DNA from: Camelus dromedarius | Lineage: Eukaryota | Length of the DNA stretch: 64,000 bases | Direction: 5' to 3' | NCBI RefSeq assembly: GCF_036321535.1 | Contig: NC_087437.1 | Coordinates: 32,490,001 to 32,554,000 of the forward strand | The notes under the pieces: model-generated | Told to the model about the DNA's origin: nothing | What the model saw: only the letters and a program-made list of their open reading frames with translations | The model's database searches: none | In this document: piece by piece, positions 25,961 through 37,949 of the stretch | How positions within the stretch are numbered: the first letter of the stretch is position 1 | Layout: every line of letters begins with the position of its first letter | Translations under genes and position numbers: made by a program

Positions 25961-26477
25961 ATATCTGGGTAAACGTTAGCTCTCTGCCTGGTAGAGCAGC
26001 ACTAATATATATATATACACACACACAAGGGGTACAAAGCAGACTCTAAGACCCTGACATTCACTCATTCTCCCTTCTGAGTGTGAGGGCCCTCCCTGTC
26101 CTTTCTGCCTCACTTCAGATTGGCTGCAGCTACATCTTTATTACCTCTGGTTTGTCAGGCTTGGCTCAAGGGAAACAAGTATGAGACATATCTGGGACAG
26201 CAAAGGGACTCACTAGGGTGACTTCTGCAGTAAAAAGTGTCAGTAGTGCAAAGTTTTTATTCTAAAAATTGAGTTCCATTTACAAGCCATGTTGATTTAT
26301 ATGCTGCAATATAACCGACTCACCACCACCTGAAGAAGATCAGGATTAAAGAACAAGGCTGGCTTCTGGAGACAAGGAATCAACAGTGGCATTGCCCGGT
26401 AGTGGGGCAAAGAAGGAGGGGAGAAGTATCCAAACTCAGCCTCAACTACAGAAAGTGCCATGTAGCAAAGAAGACAG

Positions 26478-26893
26478 TGTAGAGTGGATTAGATTGTTGA
26501 TCACATTTCTTCATTCCCCTCTAATAAAATTACACATTCACAGCCTTGCTGTGGGCTCAGTATGCTTCGCCACCCTGGACATTAGCTTGACTGTGGGACT
26601 TCCTTTGACCAATGGGGTGTGGGTGGACATAACTCTAGCAGAGGCTGAAATGTGCCTACAGGGTTCAACTTGGATTTGCCAAAGCCAGGAGAAGAACGTG
26701 CTCTGGCTAGCCACCACCCTGCCCACCTGGGCACAAGAGTGACACACAGGGGGTGAATTCAAACCTCCCTGTAGCTGAGCCAAGATCAGCTGAGCCCCCA
26801 GTGACCCACAGACCCAAGAAAGATAAGCATTTGTTGTTTAAGCCACTAAGATTTTGAGGTTGTGTTTAATGCAGCTAGTGTTGACACTAGCAT
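26478..26893 (+). mobile_element. MLT1H/J-like MaLR LTR
   Basis: tgtagagtggatt...tttgaccaatggg...cagctgagccccca...ttgttgtttaagccactaagattttgaggttg. Confidence 0.75.
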
Positions 26894-29200
26894 AGTGAGA
26901 TACACCGCTGAGACACTTTCACACCAAAGGGTTCCTGTAAGTATCCCATGAATATCAATTGCAAAAGGCATCCAAATTCTTGTGAGTTTAGCTGCCTCTC
27001 CCCGCCTAAGAGGCCCCTACACAGGACATATCAGAGCCCAGGGTCCTCCAGCTCTCTCATCCCATCACTGGCTTCATTCAGGTTTAATGAACTGCTCTTC
27101 TATTTGTCTAATGTCACTATTTTCCCCAACTCGGCTGTACAGTACCTGGACTGTCTAGGAAAACCCATTACCTCTATTAGCTTGCCAATAGGAAATCAGT
27201 AGAATTGCTTGTTCCTTAATTGATAGAATACACTCCCCTCCTCCTGATAGATTACCCTGGTCTAACAGTTCCAAGACCGATTCCCCAGTGTCCGACGACC
27301 ATGCAATCTGGAGCAATCGGTTTATAGTTTCAGTAATAAATCCTAACCTATCAATATATAATAGCTCTTCATAATCAACATCCACAGATTCCGTCTGGGT
27401 TCAGAAGCAACCACCAGCCATTTTTTACATGCCTATAATTAGCAGTGGCCAGAGGATGTTTGTGCATCTGAGCACAATACTCCCTTCTTATCCAATAATG
27501 ATAACACATTTTACATAAATTCAAGCTGACTTAATTCCCTTGTTGGAGTATAGAGATATAAATATATTTATGCATGTGTAAATGTTCTTTAAATAAAATA
27601 GTTCAGCTGACCTGAGTGCTGTAGTGAGAGAATCTAGCCCAACCTATTCAAGAGGCTGACTGTGGGCAGGTGCAAAGAACTGGCTCATCCAGATCAGCAA
27701 AGATTTCCAGCTGGAAGAGGCAACGCACATCATTTATTAAACACTCATTGACCTTAATGTGTTCTGCAAGCTAATGAAGATCTCATTTCTGTCTAAGAAC
27801 AACCAGTCTTACACCAAAATGCACGGTCCACTGGTGTTTAACACCAAAAGGGTACACAGGGACAAGCTCTGGGGAGGGAAAAACAATTTATGTTAATGGG
27901 GAGAAGAGAGGGTGGTGGGATGGGCACGACATAGCTAAATGCACATCCCTCAAATGCCTCCTGCTGGGAAGTTCACCAACCATGAGGACAAGACTGTCCC
28001 CTTGCTTCTTACAAATTAAATGTCACAAAAGAAAGCTGGTGAGAGGAAGGGAAGAAAAAGTGCCCTAAACAAGGTAATAAAACTATAAACTTAATGAGGG
28101 CGAGTTTAGCGCTTTGCAATCTCTCTACTTTATAACATGCCCGTATGAGCCAGCCTGTCAGGATAATGTAATTGAGAACTTGCTATAAAACATATGTTTA
28201 ATGGAGCCAGGGGCCAAGGAAAACACTGTGTAATTGTAATAAGCAGTCTGGTAAGTAAAATGGTATCTTTTAAAGGTTAAAATAGGGTTGCTTTCAGAAC
28301 TGGGCCAGTCTGCTTCTTCAAATATTGCTTCGCTAATGATTTCTTCACTTCACTTACAAAATGCATCTCTGAGGAGATTTGTTACAAATGTGATCCCTGC
28401 CTGGGAAGTAACTGCTCAACATACAGAAGGCTTGGGCATTTATTCTCCAGTTTTATATAACTTGGAGAATGATGTTAAAATTGGCAAATGCATCTGAGGC
28501 ACACCAGGCCATAGGATTTTTTTTAATCCACTCATTGTCCAATGCAGTTCAACTTGAAAGAGATACAACAGAAAAAAGATTGATCCTTTGTGGCCTATTC
28601 TCTTTCCAGAAGGTAAAAGCAATTCCGATCAACAGAGCCCAGTGCTCCATAGGGTCATCTCTATTCTGCTCTGGGGAATTCGTTGCTCATCAGGGCTTGA
28701 ATATTTTTAAAAATAAGAAATAAAGGGGGGGGATAAAAACTGACTGTGGGAGCTGGAAGACCCCACCTGTTAAAGGCCCATCCCTGGTTTAAACCTAGTA
28801 CTTTCTGACCATGACCCCAAAGATCCTCTTTTGGGGAACTAATAAATGAGTTTTCTCAATAGTAACCTTTTAGATTAGTGCTTCTTATGCTTTTGAGGTT
28901 GGCATTTAAAAAACACTCAAAACAACTCGTTCCACCCAATTCTACTGGCTATTGCTGTGTGAGGGAGTAGGGGGTTAGGGCCTGCATGACTAGTTAGAGT
29001 AACAGTCTGGCTCCTGCTAAGAAGACCCAAAGAAGCAACATGCTCCCCTCAGTGGAGCTGCTGACTCTCCAGGAGACTCTGCATGCTTCATGTTAATTTC
29101 TGGAGCTCCGTTAAAGCAACTGTATAAATGGTACCACAGGAGGAGTTGACCTAGCAGATCTCTAAGTCACCCAGGTTTAATGAACTGTGATTGAGGTTTG

Positions 29201-29310
29201 TTTTTTTTTTTTTTTTTTTTTGAAGTATAGTCAGTTTACAATGTTGTGTTAGTTTCTGGTGTACAGCATAGTGGTTTAGTTATATATATTCCTTTTCATA
29301 TTCTTTTCAT
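29201..29310 (-). mobile_element. Young L1 extreme 3' end with poly(T)
   Basis: T-run followed by gaagtatagtcagtttacaatgttgtgttagtttctggtgtacagcatagt, the reverse complement of the L1 3' terminus seen at 57180-57237. Confidence 0.9.
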
Positions 29311-29334
29311 ATCCTGTTTTCAAAACACAAATTA

Positions 29335-29805
29335 TATGGCAGAGATATTGCTAAATGGCCCTCACTATCTGCCTTCCCTCTTCTACAACAGTAATACTCC
29401 TGAGTTTTAGCTCACAGAGTTGCCCAGAATAAAGACTACATTTCTCAGCCATCTTTACAGTTAATTATGACAATATGACTAAGTTTTGGCCAATTAGATG
29501 TAAGCAGAGGTGTCATATGTCAGCTTCCAAGACAATCTGCATATATTCTTTCCCACTTCAGCTACCATGCGGCCTGGAAGACAGATGCAATGGCTGGAGC
29601 TCTTGCTGCTATTTTGAACCGTAAGGATGAAGTCTACACTTAGGGATAGTGGACCAGGGATTTGAAAGGCGGGTTGTGCTCTGAGTTTTTCATCTAGCAA
29701 AATCCACATATCAGCTCTGGAATTACCAACCTCCATGCTTCTGTGCACAAGAGAAACAAACTACTTCATTTAAGTCACTGTTATTTGGGGTTCTCTTACT
29801 TGATC
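29335..29805 (+). mobile_element. LTR16-like ERVL solo LTR
   Basis: aaagactacatttctcagcc...atgactaagttttggccaat...atggctggagctc...ttttaagtcactgttatttggg. Confidence 0.7.
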
Positions 29806-29899
29806 TATGCATTGTATGCAACATGTAATTAAATAACTAAATTATTCATTCCAGAAATACTGACAACACATATGTATAGTCATTCAACAGCATATTTTG

Positions 29900-30259
29900 A
29901 AAACATAAAACCACTATGTCACTTCCTTGCTTAAAATCCTCCAACAGTTCCTATTACATGTAGAATAAAATCCAAACGTCTTCCCTTCTCCAAAAGGACT
30001 ATGAAATCATGTCTGACCGCATCTTTCACCGTTTTCCATCAGAGTTCAATATTGCCCCAACCACATAAGTCTTCTTTCCACTTCTGGAAACTGTCAAGCT
30101 CATTCTGGCCTTGGAGATTTTATAGTTACTATTTGCTCTTCCTGAAACACTCTTGCCCAGCTCACTGCATGGCTGATTTGCTCTAACCATTCAGGTTTCC
30201 ATCCAAATGTCACCTCTCAAAGAGGTCTTCTTTAACCAGCCTGTCTAAAGTGGCTTACA

Positions 30260-30310
<51 letters not shown>

Positions 30311-30503
30311 CATGCAGAGTAATTCCCCACTCCATCACTGTATTATAAAAGACACTGAAATGCTCTTATTTCTTTATTGAATCTCTTCTCCAGGCAGAGT
30401 ATAAAACTCATGAACACAAGGACGAAAACTACACTGTATCTGAGAGCCTAGAACAGTGTCTGGTACTTAGCAATCACTCAGTAAATACTGATTAAATGAA
30501 TGG
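29900..30503 (+). mobile_element. L2 3' portion containing a (CA)n
   Basis: atgtcacttccttgcttaaaatcctcca...aaatgtcacctctcaaagagg...cctagaacagtgtctggtacttag...ctcagtaaatactgattaaatgaatg. Confidence 0.85.
30257..30309. repeat. (CA)n microsatellite
   Basis: Direct reading. Confidence 0.97.
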
Positions 30504-30597
30504 GTGATGCAGAGTACTGTGGTTGGCATGGGAGGGAGGTGAGTGGGTTAAAAATAAGATAGTGTTTCCCTGGTCCAAGCAAGAGTAGATATAATTG

Positions 30598-30926
30598 CAG
30601 AGATCCACAAACCTTTGGACAGATTGCTTTGGAATTTAGAATTTTTCAGATTTTAGAAAGATAACATGCATATATTATATGTCATATAACACCCAGAGTA
30701 GAGTTTGAGACAGCACCTCATAATTAAATATACTAATATTTTTGCAGAAAATTTAGAATATTCACCCTACATGAGATAAAGACTGAAAATAGCTTTTTGC
30801 CAGCTCAGGGTAGATCTAACCAACAAATGCAGGTCATATCTTGCTACCAAAGACTGAAAAGAAAAAAAATTACTTTTCAGAGCTTTTTGAGTTTTCAGAT
30901 TGCAAATAAAGGACTCTAATCCTGTA
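30598..30926. mobile_element. MER46C-like TcMar-Tigger element
   Basis: ttggaatttagaatttttcagattttagaaag...cataattaaatatactaatattt...ttttcagagctttttgagttttcagattgcaaataaaggact...cctgta. Confidence 0.7.
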
Positions 30927-31199
30927 CTTAAACATCAGTGGAGAGACTTCTAGAAGACCCTGATATATTACCACTAACGCCTGGACAACCCTTTGTACAT
31001 AAATATGAGGATGCATAGTTTTCTTTCATTCTTTTGATTTAATCCAGCTTTACATTTTCTCTTCAAATAATATGTTTTATTATGCTCAAAGATCCTAAAA
31101 ATATCTGGGAAAGAAAAGTCTGTGTAACTGGTGATTCAGTGATCATGGAACCAACCAAAGGGCTTGGGAATGAGGGTAAACAAATGACTAAGATATAAC

Positions 31200-31440
31200 A
31201 GATGACATCTATTGAGTATTTAGTATATGCCAGCAACTGTTCTAGGCACTGAACCTTTATTTACTCATTCAATCTTCACAATGACATTATAAGTCACACT
31301 ATTATTACCTTTATTTTACAAATGAGAACATTGAGGTCAGCAAGGTTAAACAGTTTACCCAAGGTCACAGAACTAATAAGAGGCAGACTCAGAACACAAA
31401 CCCAAGAAATCTGGCACCTGAACCTGTACTTCTGATGACC
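31200..31440 (-). mobile_element. MIR SINE
   Basis: acatctattgagtattta...ctaggcact...attttacaaatgagaacattgaggtc...tttacccaaggtcacagaactaataag. Confidence 0.85.
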
Positions 31441-32289
31441 TCCCCCAAACAGCCTTTTTGGTAATGGGTTTTGTTCAGGAATTATGAACAGAACACTGAA
31501 GGTATATGGACAATTCCAGTTCCTTCTTCTCCACTCCCCATCATTACTACCTATTCTCTGCCTTAAATCCTAGGCAAACATGTGGCAGAAAAGTGTAAAA
31601 TTGGGCACCATCAATTTGGAGATGGCTAAGTAGGAAAATGAAGAGATGAGTAATCAGACTCAAAGGAGAGGCAAATGAAGGGTAAAAAGTGAATCATAAT
31701 TTAAAGGGAAAGCAAAAGGGGTCCAGAGGCAGATCAAGTTGGGTCAAGATCAATTAAATCAAAGGCAGGAGGGGCAACCAAAGAGGGTAAAAGGTAGGGC
31801 TTTCTGACAGCCTGAGAGCTAACAGAGACAATGTCCAAATGAGATCAGCGTATTTGGCACCCAGGCCTGAGCTGTGTGCTCTTGCTTGGCTTACTGTGGC
31901 CACCAGTTTAGCAGACCTACTGTCTCCCATCTCTCAATTGTAATAATAGCCTTTCTCTATATAAGGAGAGCAACTACTTGGCCTCACAATATGTGTGCAG
32001 TGTCGATTAAATATTTACTTTGCTGTGTTGACACTGAAGATACAAAGATGAATAAGACAGTCTTTACCCTACTAGATCTCACAATCTCCCATGGAGAATA
32101 GACCTGCGTGTACATAATATAACAAGGTGTTATCTTCCATTCATTCAACAAATATTTATTGATCATCAACTATCTGCAAGGTATTAGGTGTGGAGCAGAA
32201 CAAGGAGTTGCAAAGTTACATAGCTACAGGAGCCAAGCAGGAGTATGCTCACCTGCCCAAAGGAACTAGATGTATTAATATAAGGAGCT

Positions 32290-32550
32290 GGGTTTGCAGG
32301 GTGGGGAGGGGACTGTGGCAACCTGGAGAGGCTTAGTCCTGTAAAGGGGTCAGACACTGCTCCACTCCATTTACTTGCTTCATCCAGGAATGCAGATCCA
32401 GTGTTGCCAGATCTGATTTTGCAGAAGTATCCAAAACTTAGAACTTTTCTGAGAAGTTTCAATGTATAAATTGTTGCAGCCAATTCAAAATATTTTTAAT
32501 ACTGTACAGCCTAACAAAACAGATCTGCAGGCCACCATGTTGTAATCTTC
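32290..32550. mobile_element. Old hAT-type DNA transposon remnant (MER103-like)
   Basis: ccagtgttgccagatct...aatactgtacagcctaacaaaacagatctgcaggcc. Confidence 0.45.
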
Positions 32551-33553
32551 TAAAAACATTCACCGCACAGAACCTCATTAGGTGTGGCTACTAAGCCTGT
32601 CACGCACTGCGACTTCTTCTCAGCCCATTGGAAAGTCACCCCTTCTGTCATTCTCCACTCTCTTGGCCCTTTATCCCTCCTCAGACCCTCCCCAGTGGCT
32701 TTTCTCCAGTCCAGTTGTCTCCTCTCAACCACCTCTCTGCTCCACTCTTTCACTCCCTATCCTTTATTCCTAGCCAACCTATCTCTGTTTCCTTCCAAAG
32801 AATATGGTGCCTTAACCACAGCCCCCTATAAATCCTTCCTGCATTTCATCATCCCAACCTTTTCCATTACTGTTTTCTCACTCAGATGAGGGAAGTCAAA
32901 AACTAATTTTTCAGAACTCAACCCAGCTGATTAGGGAGAAATGAAACCATGTAATCTGCATATTAGTCCTTCATAAGATGGGGCTAATGACTCTTTGTAT
33001 GTGTTCACCTCTCTCCGCCGGTGACTTTATTGCCCCATGAAGCCAGGTCTATTCTTCTTGCAGAAACCTACGGATATTTTTTAACAGCTTTTTACTGTTT
33101 TCTTCCATAGGTCTGATGTCTTATTCCTTTGAAGTTGGGAGACCCTGAAGACAACTTCTTTCTAGGACTGGGATACATTACAAACTAAAAGGTCAGTGAT
33201 CATTGTAAGCAATAGCAAAATATATATTATAAATTATGTGCATGAGTGTGCATGTGTGTGCATATATATACACATATGTATGTATATATGTACATAAAGA
33301 GAGAAAGAGAATCTTATAAGTGTTACTTCTAAAAAAGATCTGTTGGAAAAAAATAACTTCCATAGGTTTGTTATCAAAATCCCAAAAGATGTTTTCATTT
33401 TTTAGAAAATCTTAAGCCTTTGTTGCAAAGATATGAAACATTATAAAAACGATTGCAGGTGACTAGCTAGTCTTTTGTTATATCTCTAAACATAAGACAA
33501 ACAATAATGTGGGTTTTTTTCTCTTAAGAAAAAAAAGAACTCAATATTAGTCA

Positions 33554-34100
33554 CAGTAAGCCCTCAACATATGGGAATAGGTGCAGGGCAGGGGGGAGGG
33601 GAAGCCCACTCTTCACAGTTTTTTGAACCTTTAAAATTGAAAAAAAAAAATATGTATCCCTGCTTTCTGTATATGCACATAATGTAAAATTTCATCAACC
33701 ACAATATTTTAAAAGACAGAAATCATGAGATATATCACATCTAAATGGAAATATCATCTAAGGAAGGCACCATTTATCAACATCACTTTGAAATGCAGTG
33801 GAGGATGTGATGGCATTATGTAGATCTCAAATATCTATGGGTGAATGAAATTGGGTAACCTTAGCAACCCCAGGTACATCCATGCAGCTATAAATCAAAT
33901 GTCAGCACTCTGAGCTATGCACAAAATAAAGAAATAATTCTTTGAAATATTCATAACGCTATGCAGTGTATTATTTTGTAAGTCTGTCCCCATTATGCAT
34001 TTTTGAATCTAAGTAAAAAAAAAATAAACATTTGCATAACGCACCACCCTCTCCCACCCTCCCACCCACCCACTAACCTACATCTGCAGGAGCTTCTAGA
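33554..34100. mobile_element. Probable old TcMar-Tigger-like element
   Basis: Degenerate inverted ends (cagtaagccctcaacatatggg...G-rich / C-rich...cctacatctgcaggagcttctag) around an AT-rich core. Confidence 0.4.
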
Positions 34101-36915
34101 AACAAGCAGACCTGCACTATATACTAATGGCCACAGCAGAACTCCAGTTCTTGTGTGTGAGAAGGAAAGGGAATTTTATACACAGGCAGCTAGTCTGACA
34201 GCAACCCAAATGGCTTCATATTGATTATTCCATTAAAAAAATAACAACTAAATAAGATATGAGAATTTTGGTAAAAGTGTCATGATATAGGTACATTTTT
34301 GTATGTGTAAAAGTAATGTATTCAATATTTCACCCTCTGAAACTGGAAGACATTTGCTTTAAAAATAAATAAATTCTTGCTGGTGAGAAAATATACTAGT
34401 TTTCTAATCGGGGGTACTTTGTCGATACAGAATTGTAACAGGCATCCCAAACTAAGGTCTTTTATTTCTTTTATACTTAAGATTTTCTTTGATAATTTAG
34501 TTTGGAGGGGTATGTTTTTTGTATAAACACATTTGTAGCACCTCATTTTTAAAATTCTGTCTCTGCCTGTTCCTGGAACTGACACTGCAGTGCCTGAATA
34601 TCATAATACCTGTGATGGATTCCAAGGGCCATCAAACGAAAATAGCTGTGACATACGACTCAGTACACTTCTAAATCATACACATGTAAATATGCTGATG
34701 CTACATAAAGACCGAAATACTCAGGTTGACTTAATTGTTTTGCTGTAAAAGTTTTATAAGCACATTCAGCTTAAAATATCCAATACAGCTAACCAAGTGA
34801 GTCATCTTGATACATTTAAGTGGCTGCTATAGGAAGTAACAGGGCTTTTCATACACAATTAGAAAAGCATCATTTTGCAAATGAGTTCTGTTCGCTTTAA
34901 ATGCTTCGAAAGTGGCACCAAAAGGACAAGGGGTTTAAACCAAGAATTATACAAGCCATTATAAGGGAAATAATCTTGTTTATCCTCGATCTATTTTTTT
35001 TTTACAAGTTACTAACTTCTTCAAGCTGTATTAATTGTTCTGGACCTATAGCACATGCTTCAATGAAAATAAATTACTTTATTTCTATTACACCACTAAT
35101 GGCTGTGTGACTTAATTTCATTAGCTCGAACCTGTTGAGAGTATTCAGATTTCCATAGCAGGACGCACTTAAAATGAAAAGATTCTTTCGATTCTCAATT
35201 AACGGAATCGTTTTCTTTCAACTGAAATGAATGTTATTGAAACCAATTAGCATAGACTGGAAAATCTCTCACTAATGAGGGGAGTGTGGGTGAGTAAACA
35301 GCAATGAAAAGATGAAATTAGAGGAGAGCCTCTTCTTGTTGGCCTGAATAATTACATGCTTAGTTGCCTAATTGTCTGGTGAAAAGCACCGCGGTGATAG
35401 TAACAGATTGCCATGTTCATTAGGCACCAAAAGGCCACCTGCTGCTAAGCTTCATTTTCCTGCAGTCGATATACATGTGTTTATCCCTGGGGATTGATAT
35501 TTGGACACAACACTAGCTGGGAAAAGCAAATGAGCTTGCCAATATGCTGCAATATTGTGTCCTTTATGCCAAGATACAGAAGCTTAATATGTCAAATAGA
35601 ATGTATAAAACCAACAGTGATAACGAAGTTTATGAAGAAACTGACCTTAGAATGGGCCCAATGTAGGACTCTAAACTGTGTTGAGTTCAACCTTTCAATA
35701 CAGATGTTCCTTTCTGGCCTGAACGGTTCCAAATTATATAGTACAAAAGATAAATTACAACGGTTAGGGCCTCAGCAATATTTTAGACAATGGTGTAATG
35801 AAAGCGTGCAATGTAACTGTTAAAATTGAAAACAAATGTTCAGTCCTAAAGGCAAAAGAAGTGTCTGAGAGGAAAGGCATTATTTCTATCACCTCTCTGC
35901 AGACAGAAGATCAAAGAGGGGCCCTTTCGTTCATGATCTACCCTTCCTTCAAATCCCCTTCATTTCTTCAGAATGTCCATCTTCAGTTGTTTTCACATGT
36001 CCTCTAGCCAGCCAGTATTTTATTTTACACACCATCCACTTTCCCTCTACCATCGTACCAGTTCTGATTGTTTATGATTCTGAGACTCAAGGAAAACATA
36101 AGACTTTTTTTTTTTTCCTAATGTCAAGCTTCTTTTATAGGCATTATTGTTTCCTCCTTGGAAATGTTGAAAGGAGTTTCAATATCTTAAATAATACTCT
36201 TGATAAAATGAGCATTTTCTTATAAATCAGTTCAGGGAAATTGGTAAGGAGCCTGTCCAAGTTCACGTAACAGCGTTTCCGGTCAGACGGAGTAGAATAA
36301 TTGAGCAATAAGGCTCCTAGACAGTCTTGAGTACAGAAATGCAAGCGTTCAGCCCTCAAACTGGATGGGGTCTACAGATGTGTTTACCTTCCACTGTTTT
36401 CAATCTATTTACATTACTTGCCAGCATGCAAGAATCAGGAGATTTAACATAAACAGCTACATATTGGGCTTCTCTTAAAAACTCAAGGACCTGGAAAGCC
36501 TGGCCCCCAATCCAACATGGTAACAATCAACATGACAACACCAGTCACAAGCATTCAGTTTGCTACAGTCCCCACCACTCCCTGTATATCCCCAATATGG
36601 AGGCAGAGCACCAGTTGCCATTTGTTATTGTTATTGCACTATTGTTTCTCTTATAAAAATGCAGTAAGTTCTGAGTACCCATATGTTTCTCAAATGTAGG
36701 AAAAATAGGTCAAGAAGGCCATATATCTTTTGAGAAGTAGTCTTCTTATAGCTGGCCTGCTTCAGTCATGCTGTTACCCACCTTGCTTTTAGTAGCACTT
36801 TAGAATTCAGTTTGTGATTTTAAATGCAGTCCTATGCCTTATTTTCAAAAAAAGAAGAAGAAGAAAGAAAGGGAGGGAGGAAGGGAGAGACAGAGACAGA
36901 GAGAGAGTAAAGGAA

Positions 36916-37005
36916 GGAAAGGAAAGGAAAGGAAAGGAAAGGAAAGGAAAGGAAAGGAAAGGAAAGGAAAGGAAAGGAAAGGAAAGGAAAGGAAAGGAAA
37001 GGAAA
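36916..37005. repeat. Perfect (GGAAA)18 microsatellite in a purine tract (~36848-37027)
   Basis: Direct count of units. Confidence 0.98.
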
Positions 37006-37214
37006 AATAGAAACTGAAAAGGAAGGTGAGTGTTCAAGGTTCACTCAGTAACAGAGCTGGGAGTAGAATTCATGGCCTCCAACAATAACCTTCCCCTCCT
37101 ATATAGGGCTACCTCTGTTGTACAAGAATACAGAATAATTTCTGAGCATTTAAAGGCATGTATCCTATCCTGAAGGAGTATGTCAAGATGCACACATTGA
37201 AAAATAACAAGAAA

Positions 37215-37480
37215 CACAAGACGACCCAACGCACCGTCAGTGGATAGACTGCCGTGATAAGACAGACACTACAGGCATCACAAGAGGTATGAAAGCTGGC
37301 CGGGGAAGAGGCGGGCAGGGAGGTCGGTGTGAAGTGGGGACTCGCCGTCTCCCCCTTGGATTTGAGAGTGAAAGGAAAATTGAAACTTCGCTGATGGTTG
37401 AAGTGCCAGTCATCTTAACAGAAGCAAGAGCCCCTTGCAGGGACCAACTGAACCTCCCTGACATCAGGGAGGCGGGCCTG
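37215..37480. promoter_or_regulatory. CpG-enriched patch with two GC-box-like motifs; candidate enhancer or weak promoter
   Basis: About 11 CpGs in ~270 bp against a CpG-poor background; gaggcgggc at ~37308 and ~37469. Confidence 0.35.
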
Positions 37481-37949
37481 AGGAAACATTCTTGTGATAC
37501 ATTCTTCATCCTGGGGACTGGATAAAGCTAAGCTCCCTCATGGAAGGACACAGAAACCCAGAGCAGAGACAAAAGCCCACACTCCATAGTCCCTGGGATC
37601 CCAAATTTAAAAATCCCTTTGGACCCATCAATCAAGACTCACTTTGCAATTCCAAGTACTGATGCATGTGAACCTGTGTGGGTGACAGCAAACTAAGGGC
37701 ATGGACTAGAAAGAAAAACCACATTTTGGTGAGCGACAAGGATGCCCAGCCTCTGTGTGTGTCACTCCATGTTGTCCTAAATTATGTCAGGGGTGCTAAA
37801 ATTTTTCACAATAACTTTTCCCTTTGAGAAACTAAACACACATTATTTTGTTTTTTGGTTCCAGGTTTCTTATTTATACTTAGGAATTTTTTTTTAATAA
37901 AGGTAAATCACACTAGTTAAAATTTTAAAGGGGCTTTATGCCATAATTT

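Noticed and set aside
27155..27385. 76-aa protein-like ORF (DVDYEELLYIDRLGF...)
   Set aside because: GTG start shortly after an in-frame stop, no splice context, no recognisable family; kept only as a non-coding candidate
28358..28400. 43-nt minus-strand exon (AGITFVTNLLRDAF)
   Set aside because: Weak exonic donor context (TTT|gtaagt), intervening AG in the acceptor tract, unrecognised peptide
36807..37044. ERKGK / FPFLS repeat ORFs
   Set aside because: Translations of the (GGAAA)n microsatellite
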